This document shows positions 26,484-36,325 of a stretch of 64,000 bases of DNA, piece by piece. Origin of the DNA: Candidatus Dojkabacteria bacterium (lineage in GTDB: Bacteria > Patescibacteriota > Dojkabacteria > J137). The notes below the pieces were generated by a model that saw only the letters and a list, made by a program, of their open reading frames with translations, searched no databases and was not told the origin of the DNA. How positions within the stretch are numbered: position 1 is the first letter of the stretch; every line of letters begins with the position of its first letter. The stretch lies in contig JBDTVZ010000003.1 of the NCBI GenBank assembly GCA_040006935.1, forward strand, positions 66,224 through 130,223, in the 5' to 3' direction. The position numbers were made by a program, and so were the translations under genes.

Positions 26484-28417
26484 CAGTAAAAATTGCAGGA
26501 CAATCCGGACAAGGTGTAAATGTTCTTGGGGAAATTCTAACCAAAGCATTTAAGCGCTCTGGTCTATATACTTTTGGATATAGAGAATATCCTTCCCTTA
26601 TAAAAGGAGGTCACTCTACTTACCAAATTGATGTATCAAACAAACAGATTCTAAGTCCTTCACAAAATATTAATATTTTATTCGTTTTAAACAAACAAGC
26701 TACTCTTTGGTATCAGGATTCTTTCATTAATGAGAAACCATCAGTGATTTTTCATGATATTTCTAATCCCAGAATAAATAAGACTGAGAACGATGTAATT
26801 AAAAAAAGTAATACTGACATGGTGTATGTTCCAGCTCTACGTTTAGCACAAGAAGTAGGTGGAAACGAACTAACATCAAACATAGTTAGCTTAGGAACCA
26901 TTTGGAGAATACTTGGGCTTGATAAAGAAATTTTAGTAGATGTTATTAGAGCTAAGTTTGCATCTAAACCGAAAATTGTAGAAATTGATGTTGCCTGCGC
27001 TATTAAAGGTTTTGATTATGTTAATTTTGAGGTTCCTTCTTTTACAAAGCGAATTATAAAAGAGGATGAAATATCTAATGAGGAGAAAGTAAAAAGGCAT
27101 GTACTAAATTCGTCTAATAGGTCTTTATTAAATCTGAAAAATTTATTGAAGGATTTAACTAATGAAAAACACCACACATCGGAAAACATTGTAGTAACCG
27201 GGAACGAAGCTGCTGCACTTGGTGCGATAAACGCTGGAATGAGAATCTATTATTCTTATCCAATGACTCCAACAAGCGATATTATGGAACATTTTGCAGA
27301 TTACGAACAGGAGACTGGTGTTATTGTTAAGCAGGCAGAAGATGAAATTACAGCAGCAGCTATGACAATCGGATCCATGCATATGGGTACAAGAGCAATG
27401 ACTGGAACTTCTGGAGGTGGGTTTGATTTAATGACAGAACATGTAAGTCTATCTGGAATGATTGAAGTTCCATTTGTCTGTATATTGGGTCAAAGGCCAG
27501 GGCCTGCGACAGGAATGCCAACTTGGACAACTCAAGGGGATTTACTTTTGGCAATAAATGCAGGTCACGGAGAATTTCCAAGATGTGTTTTAGCTGTAAA
27601 AGATGCAGAAGATACTTTCTATAAAATTCAAGAAGCATTTAATATTGCAGAAAATTTTCAAATTCCAGTTGTAGTTTTAACTGATAAATACATAGCAGAA
27701 AGTTCATTTCAGATTAATAAATTAAACGATAAAAAAATTCCAATCGAAAGAGGTCCATTAGTTCTTAATGTGGAAGATTTAGAAAAACTTAAAAGCACTG
27801 ATAGATATAAATTTACAGAATCTGGGATTTCCCCTCGATGGTTACCTGGAAGTAAAGCTGCAGGTTTTAATGCACAAAGTGATGAACATGATGAACAAGG
27901 CAACACAACAGAAGAAGCAATTCCCGCCCACAGAATGTTAGAAAAGCGAATGAAAAAAATGGAGATATTATTGAAGTCTCTTCCCGAGCCAACAATTTAT
28001 ACAAATAAACCTAAGCTAAATGTGATTTTAGAAAAGAGAATAGAGAAAAGAGAAACTGAAAACTCAAAACTAAAAACTATTAACTTAATCGGTTGGGGAA
28101 GTACTTATTGTGTTGTTAAAGATTTGATGAAAGAATATTTCGAAGAGAATGTAACTGTAAATTATTTACACTTTGAATATATTTGGCCATTAAGAACTGA
28201 TGTGCTTATGAAATTTGTGAAGGAACATCGCGATGCAATTTTAGTTGAAATAAACCTACAAGGTCAGTTAGGGAAATTAATAAGAATGGAAACTGGAATT
28301 GATTTAAAAAATAAGATACTGAAATGGGATGGAAGACCATTTTTTGTAGAAGAACTTAAAGAGAAGATTGATGTCATTGCGAGGAATGAAATGACGAAGC
28401 AATCTCATACATTTTAA
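26471..28417 (+). CDS. 2-oxoacid:ferredoxin/flavodoxin oxidoreductase alpha subunit
   Basis: AGQSGQGV, GNEA, YPMTP, QAEDEI, TSGGG, QRPGPATGMPT. Confidence 0.93.
   Translation: MERLTVKIAGQSGQGVNVLGEILTKAFKRSGLYTFGYREYPSLIKGGHSTYQIDVSNKQILSPSQNINILFVLNKQATLWYQDSFINEKPSVIFHDISNPRINKTENDVIKKSNTDMVYVPALRLAQEVGGNELTSNIVSLGTIWRILGLDKEILVDVIRAKFASKPKIVEIDVACAIKGFDYVNFEVPSFTKRIIKEDEISNEEKVKRHVLNSSNRSLLNLKNLLKDLTNEKHHTSENIVVTGNEAAALGAINAGMRIYYSYPMTPTSDIMEHFADYEQETGVIVKQAEDEITAAAMTIGSMHMGTRAMTGTSGGGFDLMTEHVSLSGMIEVPFVCILGQRPGPATGMPTWTTQGDLLLAINAGHGEFPRCVLAVKDAEDTFYKIQEAFNIAENFQIPVVVLTDKYIAESSFQINKLNDKKIPIERGPLVLNVEDLEKLKSTDRYKFTESGISPRWLPGSKAAGFNAQSDEHDEQGNTTEEAIPAHRMLEKRMKKMEILLKSLPEPTIYTNKPKLNVILEKRIEKRETENSKLKTINLIGWGSTYCVVKDLMKEYFEENVTVNYLHFEYIWPLRTDVLMKFVKEHRDAILVEINLQGQLGKLIRMETGIDLKNKILKWDGRPFFVEELKEKIDVIARNEMTKQSHTF
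28373..28406 (+). repeat. RPE-like half element forming the last codons of the alpha subunit
   Basis: GTCATTGCGAGGAATGAAATGACGAAGCAATCTC, same family as 15501. Confidence 0.8.
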
Positions 28418-28427
28418 TTTATCATTA

Positions 28428-29339
28428 ATGAGTTGCTGTACACCAAACTACAATTTAGAATCGGGAGATGTAAAAATTTCTGATTATTACAGCGAAGTCC
28501 AACCGACTTGGTGTAGTGGTTGCGGTGATTATGCAATTTGGAGTGCTATCAAAAGAGCACTAGTAGAATTAAATATTGCATCACACGAAGTACTATTCTG
28601 TTTTGATATAGGTTGTAATGGAAACATGAGTGATAAAATTCAAGGATATAGAATTCACTCACTACATGGGAGAGTTTTACCTTTAGCCGCTGGTGCAAAG
28701 TTAGCAAATCCAAATGTAAAAGTTATTGCCTTTGCTGGTGATGGTGCAACTTATTCTGAAGGATTAAGTCATTTTGTAAATTCTGTAAAATCAAATTATC
28801 CAATTACTTTGTTTGTTCACGATAACGGAAATTATGGATTAACAACTGGACAAGCTTCCGCAACAACCCCAGAAGGTGCGCCCAGAACAGCAAGCCCCGA
28901 TGGTCCAACATCAAGTAGATTAAACCCAATTGAGCTTGCAATGACCTGCTCTCCTAGTTTTGTAGCAAGAGGTTTTAGTGGAAATATTAGACAACTTGTA
29001 GAAATATTTAAAGAGGCGATTATGTTTCAAGAGAAAGGGTTTGCGTACGTTGATATTCTACAGTCTTGCCCAACGTATAATAAAGAAACTACACACGAGT
29101 GGTATCAACAGAGAATTTATAATATTAATGACACTAAAGGATATAAAGTGGACGATTTGAAAAAAGCAAAAGAAATTGCGATGGATTTGGAAAATAAAAT
29201 TGCGACTGGAATTCTGTACAGAAATGATAAAATGAGAAGTTATATTGATAAACTAGAATATAGGAAAGATTATAAAACAACTCCTGTAGAAGAAGTTAAA
29301 AAATATTCCATAGACGAACTTGCTAAAAGATTTATATAA
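28428..29339 (+). CDS. 2-oxoacid oxidoreductase beta subunit (TPP-binding)
   Basis: WCSGCGD, DIGC, HGR, GDG...DNGNYGLTTGQAS, QSCPTY. Confidence 0.93.
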   Translation: MSCCTPNYNLESGDVKISDYYSEVQPTWCSGCGDYAIWSAIKRALVELNIASHEVLFCFDIGCNGNMSDKIQGYRIHSLHGRVLPLAAGAKLANPNVKVIAFAGDGATYSEGLSHFVNSVKSNYPITLFVHDNGNYGLTTGQASATTPEGAPRTASPDGPTSSRLNPIELAMTCSPSFVARGFSGNIRQLVEIFKEAIMFQEKGFAYVDILQSCPTYNKETTHEWYQQRIYNINDTKGYKVDDLKKAKEIAMDLENKIATGILYRNDKMRSYIDKLEYRKDYKTTPVEEVKKYSIDELAKRFI

Positions 29340-29345
29340 ACTCAA

Positions 29346-30674
29346 ATGGAGAAATTACTAAAGAAAATTAAACCTAAAGATTTTGTAAAAGCTGTCGTAG
29401 TGTTTCAATTATCTATTGTTCTATTCTTTGCATCTGTTGTGATCAATAATAACGATACTGTTCCGGGAAGAGGCTTTGAATCTGCAAAAGTTAATGTTAT
29501 TCAAGTTGGATCCACTTTGATTATTTTTACAACCTTTGTATTCTTAGCCTACGCATTGTTTACCTACTCAAGTTCCAAGAAAGATTTGGAGACTGGATTC
29601 AAAAAACTTTTTAAATCTTGGAAGAGTTTGCTTTTTATTGGACTACTCTCTTTGTCATTAATAATCTCGACAGAGATTTCTCCATTTAGAGAAATTGCAA
29701 CACAAGGAAATATTTTTAGATTCCAAGGATTAAGTACATATTTACCAATGATTTTATGTGCTTATGTTTTATATAAATGCGTAAATAGAAAAACTATTCA
29801 TTTAATATTTATCTCAATAATTGTTTCCGGATTATTTCAAGCGTTTATGGCTTTTAGTCAGATTTATACTTTAGCAAAAAATGACCCCTCTAAATTGAGT
29901 GATGGGATTTGGATTAATGGTTATTATGGACAGGCCAATTTCTTTTCATCACATTTATTATTAGCAATCATTTTGGCTTCCTACTATCTATCTACAAAAT
30001 CTCTTAGATTGCTGAAAGATAAGAAACAGAAGTTAGGAGTTATCACAGTCATAATAGTTGTACTTTCAATCTTAATTCCTGCAATGATACTTTCGTATTC
30101 AGAATGGGGTTGGGTTAGTTTATTACTTAGTGCTGCTGTTATTCTTAGTTATGAACTAATGCCAAAGAGAATATTTAAAATTTTTATTGTTACTCTTACT
30201 GGATTAATTTCAGCAGCAGCTCTATTTATAATTTCACATTTCCCTGTTTACGAACTTCGGATAGAAATTTGGCAGAGAATAAGAGATATTTTCTTTCAGA
30301 ATTCTAATGTTAATAACTTTAAATATGTAATCTTTGGCTATGGATTTGATACTCTTGCAGATGTTTTCAAATTATTTGGAAATTTCCCAACGTTAGTTAT
30401 AGATAGAGCTCATAATATTATTTTTGATATTTTAATTCAAACTGGAATTGCAGGTTTAGGTTTCTTTTTAGTAATTATTGCAAGGTTAGGTTTTCACTTT
30501 AATAAAATGATTAATAATAGACTTCTGTTTTTTACAATTGCAGCATTTGCACTTTGGATATTTAAATCCCTTGTAAACGAGTACTCGATTACAAATCTCT
30601 TTCATTGGGTAATATTAGGAGCCTGTGCTTTGCAGATTCTGATGATTGATGAGGACAACGATGTGATAATTTAA
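29346..30674 (+). CDS. O-antigen ligase / Wzy-like membrane protein
   Basis: Many TMs; GYYGQANF, RIEIW, GYG, DRAHN. Confidence 0.8.
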   Translation: MEKLLKKIKPKDFVKAVVVFQLSIVLFFASVVINNNDTVPGRGFESAKVNVIQVGSTLIIFTTFVFLAYALFTYSSSKKDLETGFKKLFKSWKSLLFIGLLSLSLIISTEISPFREIATQGNIFRFQGLSTYLPMILCAYVLYKCVNRKTIHLIFISIIVSGLFQAFMAFSQIYTLAKNDPSKLSDGIWINGYYGQANFFSSHLLLAIILASYYLSTKSLRLLKDKKQKLGVITVIIVVLSILIPAMILSYSEWGWVSLLLSAAVILSYELMPKRIFKIFIVTLTGLISAAALFIISHFPVYELRIEIWQRIRDIFFQNSNVNNFKYVIFGYGFDTLADVFKLFGNFPTLVIDRAHNIIFDILIQTGIAGLGFFLVIIARLGFHFNKMINNRLLFFTIAAFALWIFKSLVNEYSITNLFHWVILGACALQILMIDEDNDVII

Positions 30675-30693
30675 GTAATCTAACAATTTCATT

Positions 30694-30990
30694 ATGGAAG
30701 AAAGTCTCAATAGAACTGAATCATTAGGCACAGATATTAAATCTATCGCTGACTTTTTTGCAAACTTTATGCCATTATCCGAAACTATCTATTCATTTTC
30801 AGCGTTTACTAGCTTAGGTGTAACTGATGTTGAAAGATTAAAAGTTATTTGTAAAGATCTTTTAGCAAAAGACGAAAGTGAGGATACTGTGGGTTTTGTA
30901 AGAGAAATGCTAGATACAATGTATTCTAAAAAATGGCACGATACTTTAGGAAAAGAAATTTCTAAAGATGATGACCCTCAAAGCTTCTAG
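30694..30990 (+). CDS. Hypothetical protein
   Basis: 98 aa ORF. Confidence 0.5.
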   Translation: MEESLNRTESLGTDIKSIADFFANFMPLSETIYSFSAFTSLGVTDVERLKVICKDLLAKDESEDTVGFVREMLDTMYSKKWHDTLGKEISKDDDPQSF

Positions 30991-31064
30991 AGAACGAGCA
31001 TAGCGATGTTCGATAGTTAGCTTTGTGCGCACCTTTATAGGTATCCCTTAAGAAACTTCATTAA

Positions 31065-31132
31065 GTCATGGTGAGTCCTTCAATAAGCTCATGCAGATGC
31101 AGGCAAACACGACAAACTCTGTCGAACCATGA
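31065..31132. repeat. REP-like palindrome with nested inserts
   Basis: GTCATGGTGAGT[CCTTCAATAAGCTCA...CGACAAACT]CTGTCGAACCATGA. Confidence 0.65.
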
Positions 31133-31133
31133 G

Positions 31134-32846
31134 TTACATCTTCTCCACCACGTCAATTCCCAAAAGATTAAGACCATTTTTTAGAACCTGAGCAGTTGCT
31201 TGAGTTAACGAAATCCTTGCATTTTTATCATCTTCTGTTTCTGCATTTAACACTCTGCAGTTTGCATAGAAAGAATTGAATGCTTGTGCAAGTTCATAAA
31301 GATAATTACAAACTGAGTGAGGTGTAATATTAATACCAGCTTCTTCAACAACATCTGAATAGTTGTTCAGAATTTTTAATAGTGATATTTCATATTCAGA
31401 ATTCAATACTTTAGACTCATCGTAAGAGCTGCTTTCTGATTTTGTTAAGATCGAATTAGCTCGTGCATATGTATAAAGTAGGTATGGCCCAGAGTAGCCT
31501 TCAAAACTCAAGAACTGTTCTGGATCGTAATTAAAATCTTTATGAAATTCGTGTGATAAGACTAGAAATTTAAGTCCCGCATTTGCAACATTATGAACAA
31601 TAGATTTTTTCTCTTCTTCTGTGTAATCTCGAAGTTCAGAAATCTTTTTATACGCAACTTCTTCAATCTCGTTTAAAACATCCATCCCTTTTATACTACC
31701 ACCCATTCTAGAACTGAACTTCTTTCCTCCCCTTAACATCCAACCAAACGGAATATGGAAATATCTACCTTTTGTCTCTGGTTGAATAATATTTAAAACA
31801 TGAATAACAACTTTAAAATAATCTTTCTGTTCTACAGATGTCGTTACAATGCACTTTTCAATATTTGGATATTCTTGAAATTTTAAATGAGCAAGTCCTA
31901 AATCTTTTGCGGAGTAAGTTGGATTACCTTCACTTGTGATGAATACCCAGTTTGTTAAACCGACCTTTTCTCCACGATAAATAATCGCTCCTTCACTTTC
32001 TTCAAATACATCTTTCTTATGCTTCTCTACAATTTCTAAAGCATCTTCATAAATTTCACTTTCTGGATATTGTCTATCAAAAATAATTCCTAAGCTTTTC
32101 CAAACTTCTTTTTGGTGTTCTAAACTATCCTCTCTTAATTTTTTATATGTTTTGAAATTTTCGTTATCTTCTTTTTTATAAATATCTTTATTTATTTGTT
32201 TTATGTGTTCCGCAACAACTGGATCTTCTTTAAAAGCTGTTGCTCCTTTTACATAACAATCATCAATAAATTTCATCTTTTTTTGATGATCCCAGCTTTC
32301 GAATTCTGTTGGAGTGTCTGTATTTAAATACCCCCAAGTTGTTTTTGCAACTTGCATTCCAACATCTCCAAAATAGTTTGCCTTTATAACTTTGTAACCT
32401 AGATTTTCGTGCAATCTGACCATAGATAAACCTGAAACTGCACTCTTCAAATGACCTACGTGAAAAGCTTTATGAGTATTTGGTTGCCCGAATTCAATCA
32501 TTACTTCTTTTCCTTTTCCAAAAGAGCTTTTCCCGAAAGTATCTGCTTCTTCAATAATTTTCCTCACTAAGTTTTTATATATTAAAGAATTTGTAGTGAA
32601 ATTAATAAAACCTGGTTTTACTGCATTTACTTTAGTTACTAATTTAGATTCCGGGATGTTTTTAACAATTTCTTCCGCAATCTCCATAGGACTTCTTTTG
32701 AGCTGACCTGAAAGCCTCATCGCTACATTAGTGGAAAAATCACCATGGGATTTGTCTTTTGGAGCATCAATTTCAACAATCGATTCAATATTTAAAGCTT
32801 TTAGAGCATATTCTGTAAGGGTTTTAAGTTCTTCTTTTATATTCAT
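31134..32846 (-). CDS. argS: Arginine-tRNA ligase
   Basis: HGDFSTN, PGFINF, QPNTHKAFHVGH, FSSRMG, GPYLLYTYAR, ends EKM. Confidence 0.96.
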   Translation of the reverse strand: MNIKEELKTLTEYALKALNIESIVEIDAPKDKSHGDFSTNVAMRLSGQLKRSPMEIAEEIVKNIPESKLVTKVNAVKPGFINFTTNSLIYKNLVRKIIEEADTFGKSSFGKGKEVMIEFGQPNTHKAFHVGHLKSAVSGLSMVRLHENLGYKVIKANYFGDVGMQVAKTTWGYLNTDTPTEFESWDHQKKMKFIDDCYVKGATAFKEDPVVAEHIKQINKDIYKKEDNENFKTYKKLREDSLEHQKEVWKSLGIIFDRQYPESEIYEDALEIVEKHKKDVFEESEGAIIYRGEKVGLTNWVFITSEGNPTYSAKDLGLAHLKFQEYPNIEKCIVTTSVEQKDYFKVVIHVLNIIQPETKGRYFHIPFGWMLRGGKKFSSRMGGSIKGMDVLNEIEEVAYKKISELRDYTEEEKKSIVHNVANAGLKFLVLSHEFHKDFNYDPEQFLSFEGYSGPYLLYTYARANSILTKSESSSYDESKVLNSEYEISLLKILNNYSDVVEEAGINITPHSVCNYLYELAQAFNSFYANCRVLNAETEDDKNARISLTQATAQVLKNGLNLLGIDVVEKM

Positions 32847-32880
32847 ATCTTGTGATTATATTTGTAGATATGGAAGATTG

Positions 32881-34743
32881 TCAATCTACAAAGTCTAATA
32901 CTACTGCATTTGGATGAAATGTAAGTAAGTCATCAATTTTATCTCTATTATTCTTAGTAACTTTTATTATTAAATTTAAATCCTTATCTCTATTTTTTAT
33001 TGCCTTTTCTAAAAGTTCAAATATGAGTTTATAATCTCGGGAGGAGAATTTGTCTTTTTGAAAAAACTTTTTCATTAAAGATTCTATATCAAGAAAAATC
33101 CCATTTAATAAATTTTCTTTCCTAAAATCAAACCTATTTGTTTCGTATACAAAAGAAGGCGAGGAAATACTTAGGAAAACTCTACTCTGAACTTTTAATT
33201 GATTTAATTCTACTTTTTTAAGAATTTTATAAAAGAAAGATAAATCTTCAATTGTGGAAACTGCTGGTAATATTAAATCAATATTTTTATGTTCGTATTC
33301 GTCCATTAGTTTTTTTAAAACCAAGAGTTCTGTTGTGATAACTTCTGTGTAATCTAAAGGAGTCATTCTTTCGTGGTTGTAATCTATTAACTTGAGTAAG
33401 AAAGGATTCTCACTATTTTGAAAAGCAATTCCCGATAGACTTGTGGTATATTTTTTAAATAAATCATAATAGTCACTCAATGAGAAAGTTTTTTTTGTGA
33501 AGTCATAAAAATCTCCCATGTCTGTAAAAACACCATTATATTTTTTCATTATTGAAAATATTTCTGTACCAGCAGCTTTAGTATCAATAAAAATATCCAC
33601 TTCTTTTGAATACTCTTCAGAGAATGATTTCCTCTCCAAACTTTTTAGTCTTCTTATCAAACTGAATCCTCTATCATCTCTTTTATCTGATGATTTTTCT
33701 GTGTAATCTGGAATTGTACTACTTATTTGTGAAAGCTCTTCAGCAAAAGTTGCCTCAAGAATATCTTTCTCTGCACCAATAATTCCTTGATTACTCCAAA
33801 TTTCTTTTTGCTTTTGTTGAAACGAATGAATCCCAGTATAAGTTAAATTAAAGAAGTAAGCTTTTCCTCTACTAATTCCAAAGTCAGCCGAGAGATCTTT
33901 TTTAAAAATCTTGTCTGCTTTCTCCGCATATTTAGAGACTTCTTTTAATTTAGCATCCGAAATTTTTTGTTTACCTTGCCAAGCTTTAGATACTGGAACA
34001 CTAATTAGTTCGTCTTTTTTTCTAACAAACATTCTATTTTGTAAATTTATCTTTTTCTCCAGAATATTATTAGTTGATAAATCAACCATGTATTCATCTG
34101 CATAAAAAAGATCGTTATCAATGTCCCCATATTCTGCTTGTATAATGACTTCTTTTGACAAGGAACTTGTATTTATTTTCCCGGTTACTTCAAATTCAGG
34201 AACTCGTAAAACTAAAATGGAGATTGTAGCAATATCAAAGTTATCAATATTAAGCCGTGAATTCAAAAGTTCACCTGTAAATAATTCTGACCACATATCT
34301 TTGAGCTCTTTTATAAACTCATCAATATTTTTTACAATTACTTGTCTTTCTTTAAGAATATCTAACAGAACGGGATTAGATGTGTGGAATGTTGGAATTA
34401 AATTTAACAAATGAGTCTTTCCAAATCTATTCAATATATTGAATTCGTGTAGTAAACTTTTGATAAAAATCTCACGAAGTTCAGTATCAGTAATTGAATT
34501 CTTTATTTTTTTTGCAAGGGAGTCTAAATCTTTTGCATTTTCAGTCGAAAGTATTCCCAAAATATTTGCATCACTTATAAATTCATCAAATCCTTCTGTA
34601 GTAATTACAAAACCATCCAATGTTGGAAGCTTAGACCGATTAAGTCTAAATTCATCTACACCTTTAGCACCAACAATTTGGAAATCTTGTTTAGTAATTT
34701 CATAAGTTGGAATTATGTATTTTGGTGCAAAATTTTTTGCCAT
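32881..34743 (-). CDS. Degenerate PEP synthase/PPDK-like protein
   Basis: VGAKG, DGFVITTEGF N-domain and eroded C-terminal barrel; no phospho-His domain seen. Confidence 0.6.
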   Translation of the reverse strand: MAKNFAPKYIIPTYEITKQDFQIVGAKGVDEFRLNRSKLPTLDGFVITTEGFDEFISDANILGILSTENAKDLDSLAKKIKNSITDTELREIFIKSLLHEFNILNRFGKTHLLNLIPTFHTSNPVLLDILKERQVIVKNIDEFIKELKDMWSELFTGELLNSRLNIDNFDIATISILVLRVPEFEVTGKINTSSLSKEVIIQAEYGDIDNDLFYADEYMVDLSTNNILEKKINLQNRMFVRKKDELISVPVSKAWQGKQKISDAKLKEVSKYAEKADKIFKKDLSADFGISRGKAYFFNLTYTGIHSFQQKQKEIWSNQGIIGAEKDILEATFAEELSQISSTIPDYTEKSSDKRDDRGFSLIRRLKSLERKSFSEEYSKEVDIFIDTKAAGTEIFSIMKKYNGVFTDMGDFYDFTKKTFSLSDYYDLFKKYTTSLSGIAFQNSENPFLLKLIDYNHERMTPLDYTEVITTELLVLKKLMDEYEHKNIDLILPAVSTIEDLSFFYKILKKVELNQLKVQSRVFLSISSPSFVYETNRFDFRKENLLNGIFLDIESLMKKFFQKDKFSSRDYKLIFELLEKAIKNRDKDLNLIIKVTKNNRDKIDDLLTFHPNAVVLDFVD

Positions 34744-34833
34744 TTTATTTTGAAAATTTGGGAAACCTAAAAAAGTTTACATTAAAAAGTATCCTTTAAC
34801 AAGGAAACCCATATCAGAAGTGAATAACAATGA

Positions 34834-36225
34834 TTAGGCAGTCATTCTTTCTAGAGCTTTTTTTACTGCCTCCTGGTCGGTAAAATGATATTCAACCGAT
34901 CCAAAAGCAAGTGACTTTTCGTGTCCTTTACCTTCCGCTATAACAACATCTCCGGCCCTTGCTATTCTTATTGCAAATTGAATAGCATCGTAACGTGAGT
35001 TTGTATTGTTTTCATCAAAAGAGTAAATAATATTTTCTCTCTCTGGTGTAGTTTCTAATCCTACTTCTTTCATTAATTCTTTATCCTCAATCTTCGTTTT
35101 ATCAGAAGCCATATAATTATTAAATTCTTCGGAAGTAGCAAAACGTTTTATTAATTTAGCCCCTGTTTTTTCTGCTCCTTTAATAATTTGACTGTTAATA
35201 TCATATAGCTCTTCTATTCTTGGATCTTCTGCCGTTACTATTGTAATATCCGAAAGGTTACCAGAGATTTCTCCCATTGCTCCTCTTTTTTCCACGTCTC
35301 TAAGCCCTGCAGAACCAAATATAGTAATTAATCGACCCGATCTCCCCAATAAATCTTTGGCAGCATCTAAAGACCTTTCTAACGAATCGGCATTATGTGC
35401 AAAATCAACAATTACAAAGAATGGTTGTCTTTGCATTATTTCCATTCTTCCCACAACTCCTTGGTATTCACTCAATGTTGCTGCTGCTTTATTTGCTGTA
35501 ACTCCTAAAGATATTGCTGCTAAGGTAGCTGCGAAAGAGTTTTCAACATTATATTCTCCAATTACTGGAATATTAAATTTGAAACTTTTATACTTATATG
35601 TGATAAATCCTTTCCCCAATTCCACATCTGTAAGTTGTTGAGAAACAGAATATTCAATTTCTTTAATTTTTTGACCATGTATTTTGTTTCGTAGGAGAAT
35701 ATATTCTTTTAGAAATTTATAACTTTTTTGATCATCAAAGTTGTAAATTACTGTTCCGTTATCTTCCAGCGCATCAATGAGTCTGCACTTTGCACGTGCG
35801 TATTCTCCCCAAGTTTTATGATAATCTAAATGATCTCGCTTTATATTAGTGAACACTGCTGTTCTAAATTTTAGAAAACCTAGTCTTCCTTGATCTAAAG
35901 CATGCGAAGAAGTTTCTATTACAACATATTCCACACCATTATCTTTCATTTTTCTTAAATATTTTTGCATATCCACAGGATCTGGAGTTGTTACATGGAA
36001 TCCTGTTTCTATTTCTTCATTCCCTGCGATTGCACCAACTGTAGATACAATTCCTACTTTGTAACCGTTTGATCGTAAAATATCGAAAATCATTGCGGAT
36101 GTTGTGGATTTCCCGGAAGTACCCGTAACTCCTATTAGTTTTAAATCTTTAGCAGGATAGTCATAGTATCTTGCAGCTAAAAGAGATAAATATTGTCTGT
36201 AAATTCTTTTGATTTTTCTAAACAT
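34834..36225 (-). CDS. murE: UDP-MurNAc-tripeptide synthetase
   Basis: GVTGTSGKST, TTPD, ETSSHALDQGR, DHLDYH, VDFAHN, EDPR, GKGHE. Confidence 0.93.
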   Translation of the reverse strand: MFRKIKRIYRQYLSLLAARYYDYPAKDLKLIGVTGTSGKSTTSAMIFDILRSNGYKVGIVSTVGAIAGNEEIETGFHVTTPDPVDMQKYLRKMKDNGVEYVVIETSSHALDQGRLGFLKFRTAVFTNIKRDHLDYHKTWGEYARAKCRLIDALEDNGTVIYNFDDQKSYKFLKEYILLRNKIHGQKIKEIEYSVSQQLTDVELGKGFITYKYKSFKFNIPVIGEYNVENSFAATLAAISLGVTANKAAATLSEYQGVVGRMEIMQRQPFFVIVDFAHNADSLERSLDAAKDLLGRSGRLITIFGSAGLRDVEKRGAMGEISGNLSDITIVTAEDPRIEELYDINSQIIKGAEKTGAKLIKRFATSEEFNNYMASDKTKIEDKELMKEVGLETTPERENIIYSFDENNTNSRYDAIQFAIRIARAGDVVIAEGKGHEKSLAFGSVEYHFTDQEAVKKALERMTA

Positions 36226-36237
36226 AAAAATTGTTTG

Positions 36238-36315
36238 AATGTTTTAAAGTTATAAAGTTGAAAGGTTAAATAAATAACATTTCAACTTTTCAACCTTGTA
36301 ACTTTCTAATTTCTT
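36238..36315. repeat. 8-bp periodic inverted array
   Basis: AATGTTTT AAAGTTAT AAAGTTGA AAGGTTAA / AACATTTC AACTTTTC AACCTTGT AACTTTCT. Confidence 0.8.
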
Positions 36316-36325
36316 GGTTATTCCT

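Noticed and set aside
33518-34705. Several antisense ORFs here and inside ftsZ, ftsA, dnaJ, dnaN, dnaA and comM
   Set aside because: They are shadow frames of well-supported genes and have no motifs.
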